A stretch of DNA of 64,000 nucleotides from Trueperaceae bacterium (GCA_034521815.1 JAXHLW010000013.1:1152001-1216000); one strand, 5' to 3'; shown: positions 17,647-28,950, counted from the stretch's first letter. Translations and numbers: made by a program. Notes: generated from the letters alone by a model not told the origin.

Positions 17647-18780
17647 CTAGCGCGAGCGGTCCCGGATGACGCCGCCACCCAGGAGACGATCTCCGTCGTA
17701 GAGAACCAGCGACTGACCGATCGTGACCGCGAACTGCGGTGCGTCGAAGCGGACGGAAAGCGTGTCGCCCGCGAGCTCCAGCTCCGCCGGAACGGGGGCC
17801 TGCCGGTAGCGCACCTGCGCCATGACCCGCGTCGGCAGCTCGTCCGGATCGCACAGCAGGTTCACACGGTCAGCGCTCAAGGTCGACCAGGCGCACATCT
17901 CCCGGGGGCCGACGACGACCGTGTTCGTGTCCGGCTCGAGGTCGATCACGAAGCGTGGCTCGTGCGACTTGAACAGCCCCAAGCCGCGCTTCTGGCCGAT
18001 CGTATAGAACTGGACGCCGTCGTGACGCCCGACGACCTCGTTGTCGCGCGACGCGTCGACCACCGGTCCCGGTCTCGCTTCGCTGTTGCGCTGAAGGTGG
18101 TCCTGGACCGAGTCCGCGACGAAGCACAGTCCCGAAGAGCTCTTCTTGTACGCGGTAGCGAAGCCGCGCTCGGCCGCCATCCGACGGACCGCGGGCTTCG
18201 TCATCTCCCCCAGCGGAAAGAGCAGGTAGGGCAGCACCTCGCGCGGCAGCGCCCACAAGAAGTAGGTCTGATCCTTGTCGTCGTCCAGGCCGCGGTGCAG
18301 CTCCACGCCCCGGGCGCCGTCGACCCGGCGGACGAAATGGCCGGTCGCCAGGAACGACGCACCAAGCGCCTGCGCGCGAGCCGCCAGCCGACCGAACTTG
18401 ATCTCGCGGTTGCACCAGACGCACGGATTGGGCGTCTCGCCCGCCTCGTAGCTGGGTACGAACGGCTCGACGACCACCTTCTCGAACGTCTCGCGCGCGT
18501 CGAGCATGTAGAACGGGACGTCCAGACCGTCGGCGATGCGCCGCGCGTCGTACGCGGCTTGCGGACTGCAGCACAGGTCGTACGCACCCGCCTCGCGGTC
18601 GTCCGGCCAGAACCGCAGCATCGAGCCCACCACCTCGAACCCCTGGTCGTGCAGCAACGACGCCGCGACGGACGAGTCCACGCCTCCCGACATGGCGACG
18701 AGCACCTTCGGGCGGTCGGACGCGTCGGCCGACGAGGCGGAGCGTGAGGAGGCGGGGTCGGTGGGCACGTCGATCATCAC
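17647..18780 (-). CDS. mnmA: tRNA-specific 2-thiouridylase MnmA
   Basis: AMSGGVDSS, TPNPCVWCN, KDQTYFL and YTIGQKRGLG motifs. Confidence 0.95.
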   Translation of the reverse strand: MMIDVPTDPASSRSASSADASDRPKVLVAMSGGVDSSVAASLLHDQGFEVVGSMLRFWPDDREAGAYDLCCSPQAAYDARRIADGLDVPFYMLDARETFEKVVVEPFVPSYEAGETPNPCVWCNREIKFGRLAARAQALGASFLATGHFVRRVDGARGVELHRGLDDDKDQTYFLWALPREVLPYLLFPLGEMTKPAVRRMAAERGFATAYKKSSSGLCFVADSVQDHLQRNSEARPGPVVDASRDNEVVGRHDGVQFYTIGQKRGLGLFKSHEPRFVIDLEPDTNTVVVGPREMCAWSTLSADRVNLLCDPDELPTRVMAQVRYRQAPVPAELELAGDTLSVRFDAPQFAVTIGQSLVLYDGDRLLGGGVIRDRSR

Positions 18781-18871
18781 GGCCGCTCATGGTAGCCGAC
18801 ATGGCCCGGCGGTACGGGCGACGCAGGCGACGATGGCGACGAGGTTGGTATCCTCGCAGCGGAGGTCGAGC

Positions 18872-19249
18872 GTGAGGATCGTACGCATCGTTCAGATCGT
18901 GATCCTGATCATCGCCGTCGTGTACGTCGCGGTCGTGCAGAACGCCAATCCCGACGGGCTGTCGCTGCCGGGCTTGTTGCCGCTTCCGGTATGGCTCGTC
19001 GTAAGCCTGACCGCCATCGTCGCGTTCCTGGCCGGCTGGCTCCCCGCGACCGTGCGCGCATGGAGGCTCGGGCGGGACGTGAGCCGGCTCGAACGCCGGG
19101 TCGCCGATCTCGAGTCGCACGTCCCCAGCTACGATCGCGTGCGAAGCGCGCCCGTCATCCCGGATCGTGCCCCGCCGGCCATGACGGACGAAAGCGAAGG
19201 CCAGCGGAGAACCACGGACCCCGACGACGCCGAGCGTACGGACGGGTGA
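18872..19249 (+). CDS. LapA/DUF1049-like small membrane protein
   Basis: GGAGG RBS and GTG start; two TM helices with a 'VQN' linker followed by a coiled coil. Confidence 0.7.
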   Translation: MRIVRIVQIVILIIAVVYVAVVQNANPDGLSLPGLLPLPVWLVVSLTAIVAFLAGWLPATVRAWRLGRDVSRLERRVADLESHVPSYDRVRSAPVIPDRAPPAMTDESEGQRRTTDPDDAERTDG

Positions 19250-21481
19250 CGGCCGACGTCATCGGCGTTTCGCCGGCGGAGGTCGCTCATGAGACGCCGG
19301 ACCGGCCGCACGTTCGTTGGAGCGCACGCCCGGCGGCGCCCCCGGCCGACGTCGAGCGGATCGTCACCCGTTTGGGCGTCCCACCGCTGCTCGCCTCGGT
19401 GCTGTGGGCCCGCGGCCTCGCGGGGGACGAGGCGCAACGAGCGCTCGATGCTCCTCTCGCCCCGTCACGGATTCCGACGCTCGACGCCGCCGCCGATCGG
19501 CTGGCCCAGGCGCTCGAGCAGGGCGAGCGCGTCCTGGTGCACGGCGACTACGACGCCGACGGCATCACGGGCACCGCGATCCTGGTGCTCGGCTTGCGCG
19601 CGCTGGGTGGCCGCGTCGAGCCGTTCTTACCGAACCGTCTGACCCACGGCTACGGCGTCCATCCCGACCTCGTGGACCGTCACGCCCAACGGTGCGATCT
19701 GTTCATGACCGTCGACTGCGGCATCACCAACGTCGCCGAGGTCGCGCGTCTCGCCTCGAGCGCCACGGACGTGATCGTGACCGATCATCACACGCCCGGC
19801 GACCGACTCCCGGACGCCCTGATCGTTCATCCGCGACTATCTGCGGACGGCCGCGCCGGCCCGGCCACCGGCCCGGGCGAGCCGACCGGCGCCGGCGTCG
19901 CGTTTCACCTGTTGTGGCGGCTGCACACCCGCTTGGGGCTCGAGGACCCGCTGGCGTACGTGGATCTCGCCACGATCGGCACGGTGGCCGATGTGGCGCC
20001 GCTGCTGGGCGAAAACCGTGCTCTGGTGCGTGAAGGCCTGGCGCGGATGGAGGCGTCCGCGTGGCCGGGCGTTCGAGCGATGATGAAGCAATCCAAGGTG
20101 AAGGGGGCGCCGACCGCGCGAGACGTCGCGTTCACGCTCGCGCCCCGGCTGAACGCGGCAGGCCGACTGGGCGAGCCCGAACGCGGCCTGGAGCTTCTGA
20201 TCAGCGGTAGCGAACGAAAGGCGCGCGAGCTGGCCGTCTACCTCGACGCGCGCAACGACGAGCGCAGACGGATCCAGGACGAGATGTTCGAAGCGGCCCT
20301 TCGGCAGGTGGACGTCGCCGCTCCGGCGATCGTCGTGGCCGACGACGCGTGGCACCCCGGCGTGATGGGCATCGTCGCCAGCAAGCTGCTCGAGCGCTTC
20401 TACCGGCCGACGTTCATCATGGCGCGGGGGCAGGGCAGCGTGCGCAGCACGCCGGGCATCTCGGCCGTCGAAGCGCTGCGGTCGACCGCCGGCGAGCTCG
20501 TGCGCTACGGCGGTCACGAGGCCGCGGCCGGCTTCGCGATCCAGGCCGAGCGGATCTCGGCGTTTCGCGATGGAATCTACACGTTCGTCGCCGCCCATCC
20601 CCAGCCGACTCCGGAGATCACGGCAGACGCGCTTCTCAGCCCGCAGCAGGTCGACGAGGACCTGTGGCGGGCCGTTCAGCAGCTCGAGCCGTTCGGAGAG
20701 GGCCACCCCGCGCCACGCTTCGCGCTGTGCGACGTGCTCGAGGCCTCGCGGGCCGTGGGTCGCGACGGCCGCCACCTGCAGCTGCGGGTGCGCGACGTCA
20801 AAGGCGTGGCGTGGAACCTCGGCGACCGCGCGGCGGCGCTCCGACCCGGCATCGCGGTGCAAGCGGCCGCGACGCTGAGCGAGAACGTGTGGAACGATCG
20901 ACGCTCGATCGAGTTCGTTGCGGAGGACGTGCGCAGCGCAGCTCCGCTGCGTCTCACCGTCGGGCCGGGCGCGGCGCGTCAGCTGCAGCCGCCTGCCGGC
21001 CGGACGCATCGGATCGCACGGGGACGACCGGACGTGGCTGGCGCGGGCAAGGTGCTGTCGCGCCTGCCGCTGGGCGACGATCCGCTGCGGGCGCACGAGC
21101 CGCTCGCGCGGCTGCTGGCGGACGAGGCGCCCATCTGGTTCGATCTGGACGCCGACGCCCAAGCGGCGGTCGTGCGTGCCGCCCGTCGCTACCCGACCGT
21201 GCACGACGTCCGGCGTGCCTGGCTCGCGATTCGGGCCGGGCGGCCCCCCGGTCTCGGACCGTGACGCGACGGCTCTGGCGCAGCGGATCCTGAACGAGCT
21301 CGATCTGCTCGACGAGCGCGGCCGTGCCCGCGCGGGCGCTCGCCGCGATCCGTACGGCTCCAGCACACTGGTCGCGGGTCTGCTCCAGCGGTACCGGCTC
21401 GAGACCGTGCTGAACGCCTACCGTCACCTGGACGATGTGGGCTTCGCGCGGACGGTGACGACGCTCTACACGTCCTCCTGA
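19246..21481 (+). CDS. recJ: ssDNA exonuclease RecJ; C-terminal domain shifted by an extra base in the C6 run at 21244-21249
   Basis: HGDYDADG, TVDCG, TDHH, PRLNAAGRL and GGHEAAAG motifs. The main frame stops at 21264; protein-like sequence continues in another frame to 21481 (RRDPYGSSTL...RYRL). Confidence 0.9.
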
Positions 21482-21540
21482 CGACGCCGGCTCCTGGCGA
21501 CGCCTGCCGTGACGCTGAAACGCCGTGGCATACTGCCGCC

Positions 21541-24500
21541 ATGAACGCGAACGCTCGGACGTCACGGGATCCTTCGTCCCCTCTCGACGACGCTGCCTTG
21601 GCGGCCCTCGAGCGCGACCTGCGCGCCGAGGTTCGTGGCGAGGTGCGGTTCGACGACCGGGCACGGGCGCTGTACGCGACCGACGCCAGCCCGTACGAGA
21701 TCGCGCCGTTCGGGGTGGTGGTTCCTCTCGACCGCGACGACGTGATCGCCTGCGTGCGCGTCTGCGCGCGTCACCACGCGCCGGTGCTGCCCCGGGGCGG
21801 GGGCACGAGCCTGGCCGGGCAGGCGGTGGGTCGCGCCGTCGTGATCGACGTGAGCAAGCACCTCACCGGCATTCTCGAGGTGGACCCGGACGGCCGGACG
21901 GCGACGGTGGAGCCGGGCGTGATCCGCGACGCGCTGAACGACGCCGTGGCGGTGAACGGGCTGCAGTTCACCCCGGACGTGAGCACCACGAACCGCGCGG
22001 CGGTCGGCGGCATGGTCGCGAACAACTCCGCGGGCACGCGCTCGATCAAGTACGGCAAGTCGGTCGACCAGACGCTGGCGATGACCGTGGTGCTCGCCGA
22101 CGGCAGCGTCGTTCGGCTGGCCGAGCTGGACGACGCCAGCCTGGACGCGAAGTGCGCGCAGGACGATCTCGAGGGCGAGATCCACCGGACCGTGCGCCGG
22201 ATCGTGCGCGACCACGAGGACGAGATCCGCGCGCGCTACCCGAAGGTGATGCGGCGGGTGGGCGGATACAACCTCGACGAGTTCACCGCCGGACGGCCGT
22301 TCAACCTCGCGAAGCTGGTCGCAGGGTCGGAAGGCACGCTGGCCGTGATCCTGGACGTCACCGTCAAGCTCGATCCGGTGCCCAAGCGCCGGATGCTGGC
22401 GATGCTGCACTTCGCGAGCTTGAAGGCGTCGCTCGAAGCGGTTCCGTTCATCAATCGCCACGGGCCGTCGGCCGTGGAGCTCCTCGATCGCGGCCTGTTC
22501 GAGCTCGGTGGGCGGAACCCGTCGCTGAAGCCTCTGCTGGGGTGGCTCCAAGGCATGCCGGAAGCCGTGCTGATGGTCGAGTTCGACGGGGCGGACGAGG
22601 CCGAGGTGCGTCGCGGCCTCGAAGCGCTCCGCGCCGATCCCGAGATCGACCGGCGCGTCTACCACGTCCACGAAGCGTGGAGCGAGCCGGAACAGAAGCA
22701 GATCCTGCAGTTCCGCAAGGACGGCCTCGGGATCTACGCGACGGTGGAAGGTCGGCACAAGCCCACCCCGTTCATCGAGGACGCGGCCATCCCGCCAGAG
22801 CACCTCGCCGAGTACATCCCCGCCGTGCAGGCGCTCTGTCGCGATCTGGGGGTGGACACCGTGTTCTACGGGCACGCCTCGGTCGGCGTGATCCACACCC
22901 GTCCGCTCCTCGACCTCAAGACGGCGGAAGGGCTCGAGCTGTACGAACGGATCTCGGACGGCGCGTTCGCCCTGGTGCAACGGTACGGCGGCTCGTGGTC
23001 GGGGGAGCACGGCGACGGCCTGATCCGTAGTCAGAAGAACCGCGAGCTGTTCGGCGACCGGCTGTACGAGGCGTTCCGCGAGCTCAAGGCGGCGTTCGAT
23101 CCGCACGGGATCATGAACCCGGGCAAGATCACCGACGCGGCGCCGATGACGGAGAACCTGCGCTACGGCGCGGACTATCCGGCGGTGGCGCTCGACACCG
23201 TGTTCGACTTCGGCGAGGACGGTTTCCTGGGCGCCGTCGAGGCGTGCACCGGCGTCGGCGCCTGCCGCAAGGTGGACGTCGGCACGATGTGTCCGAGCTA
23301 CATGGCGACGCGGGACGAAGACCACTCGACCCGCGGCCGCGCGAACGTCCTGCGCGAGGCGCTGAACGGTCGGCTGCCCGGCGGGCTCACCTCGAAACAG
23401 GTGTACGACACCCTCGACCTCTGCCTCGAGTGCAAGGCGTGCAAGGCCGAGTGTCCCAGCAGCGTCGACATGGCGAAGCTGAAGTACGAGTTCCTGCAAC
23501 AGCACCACGACGTGCACGGCGTGCCGCTCGGGACGCTCGCGATCGCGAACGTCGCGCGCGTGGCTCCGGTCGGCCGAGCCCTCGCCCCGCTGGCCAACGC
23601 GCTGCTTCCCATGCCCGCCGTGCGCTGGATGATCGAGAAGGTCGTCGGTGTGGATCGTCGCCGCGAGCTGCCGGCGTACGCCGACGAGAGCCTGACGAGC
23701 TGGTTCCGTCGCCGAGGCGGCACGGCTTCGGCCCGGGGCGGCCGACGGAGCGACGACCCGGTCGCGGGCGACGGCCCGCGGCGGGTCGCGCTTTTCGCCG
23801 ACACGTGGACGATGTTCAACGACACCGGGCCGGGACGCGCCGCCGTCCGCGTGCTCGAAGCGCTGGGCTATCAGGTCGAGCTGGTGCCGTACGGCTGCTG
23901 TGGCCGACCCCAGATCAGCAAGGGGCTGTTGCGCGACGCGAAGCGCGCGGCCACCCGGAACGTGGAGCGTCTCGCGCCCTACGTCCGTGCAGGCGTTCCG
24001 GTCGTCGGACTCGAGCCGTCGTGCGTGACCGCCTTCACCGACGACTACCGCGACCTTCTGCCTGGCGACGACACGAACGCCGTCGCCGACCACGTCCGCA
24101 TGATCGACGTGTTCCTCGCCGGCGAGTGGACGCGCGGCCGCATCGACCCGGAGCAGGTGTTCCAGAAGTCCGACACCTCGCTGCTGTTCCACGGGCACTG
24201 TCAACAGAAGGCCGTCATGGGAACGGCTGCGGGGCGCGCCCTGCTGGGGTGGATCTCCGACGACGTCGAGGAGCTCGACGCAGGGTGTTGCGGCATGGCC
24301 GGAAGCTTCGGCTACGGCCACTACGACGTGTCGATGAAGATCGGGGAGCGACGGTTGTTCCCGGCCGTGCGCGAGCACGACGGCGAAACGGCGGCCAGTG
24401 GGTTCAGCTGCCGGCACCAGATCCACGACGGAGCGAACGTCCGGGCGCGTCACCTGATCGAGCTCTTGGCGGATGCGCTGATCGTGCCGGACCGACGCCC

Positions 24501-24594
24501 GCAGGCGGCGTCCGACGGGCACGGGCGGCGGTCAGGGGACCGGCAGGGCCTCAGCGCACCGGCGTCCGGGGGATCGCCGCCGGCAGTCGACTGA
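21541..24594 (+). CDS. FAD-linked oxidase fused to 4Fe-4S/CCG domains (GlcD-GlcF/YdiJ-like)
   Basis: PRGGGTSLAGQ, SGEHGDG, CLECKACKAECP, CCGRP and CCGMAGSFG motifs. Confidence 0.9.
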   Translation: MNANARTSRDPSSPLDDAALAALERDLRAEVRGEVRFDDRARALYATDASPYEIAPFGVVVPLDRDDVIACVRVCARHHAPVLPRGGGTSLAGQAVGRAVVIDVSKHLTGILEVDPDGRTATVEPGVIRDALNDAVAVNGLQFTPDVSTTNRAAVGGMVANNSAGTRSIKYGKSVDQTLAMTVVLADGSVVRLAELDDASLDAKCAQDDLEGEIHRTVRRIVRDHEDEIRARYPKVMRRVGGYNLDEFTAGRPFNLAKLVAGSEGTLAVILDVTVKLDPVPKRRMLAMLHFASLKASLEAVPFINRHGPSAVELLDRGLFELGGRNPSLKPLLGWLQGMPEAVLMVEFDGADEAEVRRGLEALRADPEIDRRVYHVHEAWSEPEQKQILQFRKDGLGIYATVEGRHKPTPFIEDAAIPPEHLAEYIPAVQALCRDLGVDTVFYGHASVGVIHTRPLLDLKTAEGLELYERISDGAFALVQRYGGSWSGEHGDGLIRSQKNRELFGDRLYEAFRELKAAFDPHGIMNPGKITDAAPMTENLRYGADYPAVALDTVFDFGEDGFLGAVEACTGVGACRKVDVGTMCPSYMATRDEDHSTRGRANVLREALNGRLPGGLTSKQVYDTLDLCLECKACKAECPSSVDMAKLKYEFLQQHHDVHGVPLGTLAIANVARVAPVGRALAPLANALLPMPAVRWMIEKVVGVDRRRELPAYADESLTSWFRRRGGTASARGGRRSDDPVAGDGPRRVALFADTWTMFNDTGPGRAAVRVLEALGYQVELVPYGCCGRPQISKGLLRDAKRAATRNVERLAPYVRAGVPVVGLEPSCVTAFTDDYRDLLPGDDTNAVADHVRMIDVFLAGEWTRGRIDPEQVFQKSDTSLLFHGHCQQKAVMGTAAGRALLGWISDDVEELDAGCCGMAGSFGYGHYDVSMKIGERRLFPAVREHDGETAASGFSCRHQIHDGANVRARHLIELLADALIVPDRRPQAASDGHGRRSGDRQGLSAPASGGSPPAVD

Positions 24595-25738
24595 CGAACT
24601 CGTTGTTCAGGGCGCTCGAGAACTCGGCGAACGACGCGACCGAGATGGCGTTGCGCTTCTGGCGTCCGACGAGCACCACCTCGTCGCCCACGTCCACGCC
24701 GGGAATGCCGGTCACGTCCACCATCGTGACGTTCATGTTCACGAGGCCCACGACGCGCGCCTTGCGTCCGCGGATCAGCACGTGGCCACGGTTGGACAGC
24801 GACCTGGGGTAGCCGTCGGAGTAGCCGACAGGCAGAACGGCGACGACGGTGTCGCGCGGCGCCTGGTAGGCGGTGCCGTAGCCGACGAACTCGCCGGCTG
24901 CGACGTGCTTCAGGTCCATCACGTCGGTCTTCCAGGTGAGCACCCGCTTGAGCGGGTTGTCGCGTTCCCTGCCGATCTGCGCCAGGTGCATGTTGTAGAC
25001 GTCGGGGCTGGGCCAGAACCCGTACAGGGCCGTCCCGACTCGAACCAGGTCGTACACCGTCTCCGGAAACCCCAGCGCTGCGGCCGAGCAGGCCGCGTGG
25101 CGCAGCTTCGGCTCGAGGCCCGCCGCCCTCGCTCGACGCTCGAACGCCTCGAAGCTCCGCTGCTGTCGCACGATCCGGAACTGATTCGCGAGCGACTCGA
25201 TGCCGGCGAAGTGGGTGGCGAGACCCTCGAACGACAAGGCGTCCGGATTCTCGCGGAGCAGGCGCACGGCCTGGTCGAACGGCTGGTCGGTCAGGCCGGT
25301 GCGATGGCCTCCCGTCTCGACCTCGAGGTGGACGCGGGCACGCTTTCCGACGGTCCGCGCGACGGCGAGCGCCTTGCGAAGCCGGCCTACGTCGAACACG
25401 TAGAAGTCGATCTCGTGACCGATCACCCACGGAAGGTCCTCGGGGTAGAGGATCCCCATGATCATGATTCGGCTCTCGTGCCCGCGCGCCTTCACGACCT
25501 CGAGCGCCTCCTTGCTGGAGGCCACCGAGAAGTGTCGAAGGCCGGCGCGCTCGGCCATCGGGACGAACACCGCGATGCCGTGGCCGAAGGCGTTCGCCTT
25601 CACGACCGAGCTGATGATGGGCGAGGGACCGATCTTGCGCCGAAGAAACCGGACGTTGGCGGCCAGCGCCGACTGGCTGAGCGTGATTCTGGACGAGTGG
25701 CGGGGAGCGGACGTCACGCCCACGTCGACCGGATCCAT
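24551..25738 (-). CDS. alr: Alanine racemase
   Basis: VVKANAFGHG PLP lysine, EVETGGHRTG, VGYGTAY and PVGYSDGYPR motifs. TAGCCT -10 box 7 nt before ATG 25738. Confidence 0.9.
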   Translation of the reverse strand: MDPVDVGVTSAPRHSSRITLSQSALAANVRFLRRKIGPSPIISSVVKANAFGHGIAVFVPMAERAGLRHFSVASSKEALEVVKARGHESRIMIMGILYPEDLPWVIGHEIDFYVFDVGRLRKALAVARTVGKRARVHLEVETGGHRTGLTDQPFDQAVRLLRENPDALSFEGLATHFAGIESLANQFRIVRQQRSFEAFERRARAAGLEPKLRHAACSAAALGFPETVYDLVRVGTALYGFWPSPDVYNMHLAQIGRERDNPLKRVLTWKTDVMDLKHVAAGEFVGYGTAYQAPRDTVVAVLPVGYSDGYPRSLSNRGHVLIRGRKARVVGLVNMNVTMVDVTGIPGVDVGDEVVLVGRQKRNAISVASFAEFSSALNNEFVSRLPAAIPRTPVR

Positions 25739-25758
25739 GCGCTGCAGGCTAGCACCGC

Positions 25759-27063
25759 TCACGTGCGTGCCAGGGGGACCGGTGCCGCGGGGCCGAGCAC
25801 CGCAAGCGTCTCGCCGGCGGCCCTGGCGGCGGCCAGCGCGGCGTCGCTGACGCGGAGCTCGGCCAGGTCGCCGGTATCGCGGATCCAGGCGACGCGCGCG
25901 CGCTTCGGATCGACGCCGCAGGTCGCGAGGGCGAGGCGCACGCAGGAAGCGGCGTCGGGCATGACGACGGGAAGGCGGGCCGAGGCCAGCGAGGTGCTGG
26001 TGATAGCGTTCGTCCAGGTGGCGACCGGGTCGATCGCGTCGGCGAACGAGCGGGGCACGACGTCGGCGTGACCCATGCCGATCGCGTTGCCCTCGCTCGC
26101 GTCGGTCAAGGAAAGCAGCGCGATCCGTGTGGGATCGGGCGGCTCGTGCAGGCCGGACGGATGGCGACCGGTGACGTTGGGGTCCATGCCCAGCCCGCTC
26201 ACGTCCTTGCCGGCGCGCTCGACGACGAGGAGGTCCAGCTTCTCGAACGGGAGGCGCGGCATGCGGCGCTTGGCGTCGCGGAGAAGCTCCGGCTCGCGCT
26301 CCGCGACCCACGCGCCGGGCACGGCCTCGATCCGGGCGGGTCGCCCCGAGGCGTCCTCGACCACGGCGACGCCGATCACGGGCGGATACGCGCGCAACAG
26401 CGCGTCACGCGCCTGCTCGAGCCGCGACGCGAACCCCTCGTACCCCTTCGCATGCAGCGCCGCGGCGCCGGGGCGCTTGCCGAGCCCGACGACCAGCATC
26501 TTCGTCAGCCCGGACTCGATTCGGCCTCGGAAGCCGGTGTGCGACTTCACCCGGTTCAGAACGACGATCGCGTCGGCCGAGAGCGCGACCTGCGAGGCGT
26601 GCAGCGCGGTTCCGTCCTCGAGTCGACCGATCACGGTCGTGGCGTCGTCGGCGTCGACGGTCGTCCCGGGCCGGACCAGCCCGTAATCGGTCAGGACGCG
26701 TGTCTGCCCTTCCGGCGTGCCGCCGCCGTGGCTGCCCATGGCGGGCATCAAGAACGGCGCCGCCCCCGCCGCGCGCAACGCCGAGAGGACGCCCGCCACC
26801 AGCTCCGGGTACGCTCCCAGGCCTCGACTTCCCAGCGCGACCGCCACGCGCGCGCCTGCGTCGAGGACCGTGTCCCTCAGCGCGTCGGCGACAGCGTTCG
26901 CTGCCGCCATCCCGGGATCGTGGAGCTCGGTGGGCACGACCGGCAGCCGCACGGGCGTCAGGTCGGGAACGTCGAGGTCGCGAATCGCGGCCGGAAGCAG
27001 GTCGTCAGGAACGACGACCTCGATGCGGCTGCGTCGGGGCGTCGCGGTCTCGTCAGCCGTCAT
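25759..27063 (-). CDS. Lactate-racemase (LarA)/DUF362-like protein
   Basis: VAVALGSRG, PAMGSHGG, NRVKSHTGFRG and GKDVSGLGMDPNVTGR motifs. Confidence 0.75.
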   Translation of the reverse strand: MTADETATPRRSRIEVVVPDDLLPAAIRDLDVPDLTPVRLPVVPTELHDPGMAAANAVADALRDTVLDAGARVAVALGSRGLGAYPELVAGVLSALRAAGAAPFLMPAMGSHGGGTPEGQTRVLTDYGLVRPGTTVDADDATTVIGRLEDGTALHASQVALSADAIVVLNRVKSHTGFRGRIESGLTKMLVVGLGKRPGAAALHAKGYEGFASRLEQARDALLRAYPPVIGVAVVEDASGRPARIEAVPGAWVAEREPELLRDAKRRMPRLPFEKLDLLVVERAGKDVSGLGMDPNVTGRHPSGLHEPPDPTRIALLSLTDASEGNAIGMGHADVVPRSFADAIDPVATWTNAITSTSLASARLPVVMPDAASCVRLALATCGVDPKRARVAWIRDTGDLAELRVSDAALAAARAAGETLAVLGPAAPVPLART

Positions 27064-27111
27064 GGCGGAAGCAAGACACGACACGCTCGGCCGTGTCAAG
27101 CGCAGCGCCGC

Positions 27112-28950
27112 TCACATCGCATCCGGCGCCTCGACGCCCAACAGGTCGAGGGTCGCTGCCAGCGTCCTTCGCACGGCGCCCACCAGCGCCAGTCGGGCCT
27201 CGCGCAGGCCGGGCGCCGCCCGGAGCACCGGGGTGTCGGGCCTGCCGTCGGGACCGCGGTGGTTGTAGTAGCCGTTCCAGGCGGTCGCCAGGTCCAGGGC
27301 GTACTGCGCGACCAGGTGCGGAGCGAGCTCGCGCGCGGCCTGCGCGCGCACCGCGGGGAGGCGCGCGATCTGACGGGCCAGGCGAAGCTCCAGCGGGCCC
27401 AGCTGCGAGAAGTCGGCCGCCGCCGCGTCCAGCTCGGCCTCGTCCGCCGCGCGGAGGATGCTGGCGGCACGAGCGTGCGCGTACTGGACGTAGGGGGCGC
27501 TGTCGCCCTGCAGATTGAGCGCCTGTTCCCAACGGAAGTCGATCACGCGCTTGGCCTCGCTCTTGAGCATCGCGAAGCGCAGCGCGCCCAGGCCGACCTG
27601 GCGCGCGATCTCGTCGGCCTCGTCGAGCTCGGGGTTCTTCTCGGCCATCACCGCACGCGCCCGGCGGGCGGCTTCGACGATGACCTCGTCGATCGCCAGC
27701 GTGATGCCCTTGCGGCCGCTCATCGGCCGTCCCTCGAGCGTGACGACCTCGTAGGCGAGATGCTTGCTGTTGCTGAACGCCTCCGCGCCTTCGGGCGTTC
27801 CGGACAGCGCCAACGCGGTCCGCACCAGCGTCTGGGGATGGCTCTGGCGCACGTCGATGACGTTGACGATCTCCTGGGCGTGGGCGAACGAGCGACCTGC
27901 GGGCCGAGGGTCGCCGCCTGGAGCGCTGGTCCAGAGGCGGTGACCGCTGGGCTGCTGGGCGAACTCGGCGTAGCCGAGTCCCTCGAAGATGCCCGCCTTC
28001 CAGAACTGGTAGCCGATGTCCTTCGCGACGTACATCGCGTTGCCGTCGCTGCGGACCAGCACGACCTGCGGCTCTTCGAGTCCCGGAATGAACTCGCCGA
28101 CGTCCATCACGAGCGCCCCGGCGAACTTCCCGTCGCTGGGGCGGTCGGTGTACGGACTGTTCTCCAACACCTCGAGTCCGCGTGCGAGGAAGCCGGCGGC
28201 GACGACGTCGGACTCCCAGACGAGCACGTCGTACTCGGCGCCGAGGCGCCAGAACGTCTGCAGCTGGGCGTGCACGATGGCGGACACGTCGTGACGCAGC
28301 TCACCGCGCTCGAGCCGGTGCATGGTCTCGCGCACGCCGGCCTCGATCTCCTCGGCGTTCTCTTCCTTGGCGTCCCCCAGCCGGACGTAGAGGCGGCCGT
28401 ACCAGTGGTCGAGCTTCTCCTCGCCGTTCCACGCCTCGCCGAAGTAGCGGGCCGCGAACAGGCTTTCGGCGGCTTGGCGGCCGGTGTCGTCGATGTAGTT
28501 CTGGACCTCGACGTCGTAGCCGTCGGCGCGCAGGATCCGGGCGACGGCGTCGCCGAGGACGATGTTGCGCAGGTGCCCGACGTGCGCCTCTTTGTTGGGA
28601 TTGACGCTGGTGTGCTCGACGACGACCTTGAGGTCGCGGCTCGGCGCGACCTGCCTGTCGGCGACGAGGTCGCGCACGAACGACGCGGGGTCGAGGAACA
28701 CGTTGATGTACGGGCCGACCGCTTCGGCGCGCAGCACGCCTGCGGGAGGCTCGAAGGCGGCGACGACGTCCTGGGCGATCTCGGCGGGCGACCTGCGAAG
28801 GATGCGCGCCAACGCGAACGCGATCGGCGTGCCGTAGTCGCCCGGCTTGTCGTCGGGGACCTCTTGGATCGGGACCTCCGGCGGCTCGCTGCCGAGGCGT
28901 CGGACGGCGGCCGCGAAGGCGGTAGCGAGGGCGTCTTGGACGTCGTTCAT
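27112..28950 (-). CDS. argS: Arginine--tRNA ligase
   Basis: EHTSVNPNKEAHVGHLRN (HIGH-like), MSGRKG and GDSAPYVQYAHARA motifs. Confidence 0.95.
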   Translation of the reverse strand: MNDVQDALATAFAAAVRRLGSEPPEVPIQEVPDDKPGDYGTPIAFALARILRRSPAEIAQDVVAAFEPPAGVLRAEAVGPYINVFLDPASFVRDLVADRQVAPSRDLKVVVEHTSVNPNKEAHVGHLRNIVLGDAVARILRADGYDVEVQNYIDDTGRQAAESLFAARYFGEAWNGEEKLDHWYGRLYVRLGDAKEENAEEIEAGVRETMHRLERGELRHDVSAIVHAQLQTFWRLGAEYDVLVWESDVVAAGFLARGLEVLENSPYTDRPSDGKFAGALVMDVGEFIPGLEEPQVVLVRSDGNAMYVAKDIGYQFWKAGIFEGLGYAEFAQQPSGHRLWTSAPGGDPRPAGRSFAHAQEIVNVIDVRQSHPQTLVRTALALSGTPEGAEAFSNSKHLAYEVVTLEGRPMSGRKGITLAIDEVIVEAARRARAVMAEKNPELDEADEIARQVGLGALRFAMLKSEAKRVIDFRWEQALNLQGDSAPYVQYAHARAASILRAADEAELDAAAADFSQLGPLELRLARQIARLPAVRAQAARELAPHLVAQYALDLATAWNGYYNHRGPDGRPDTPVLRAAPGLREARLALVGAVRRTLAATLDLLGVEAPDAM

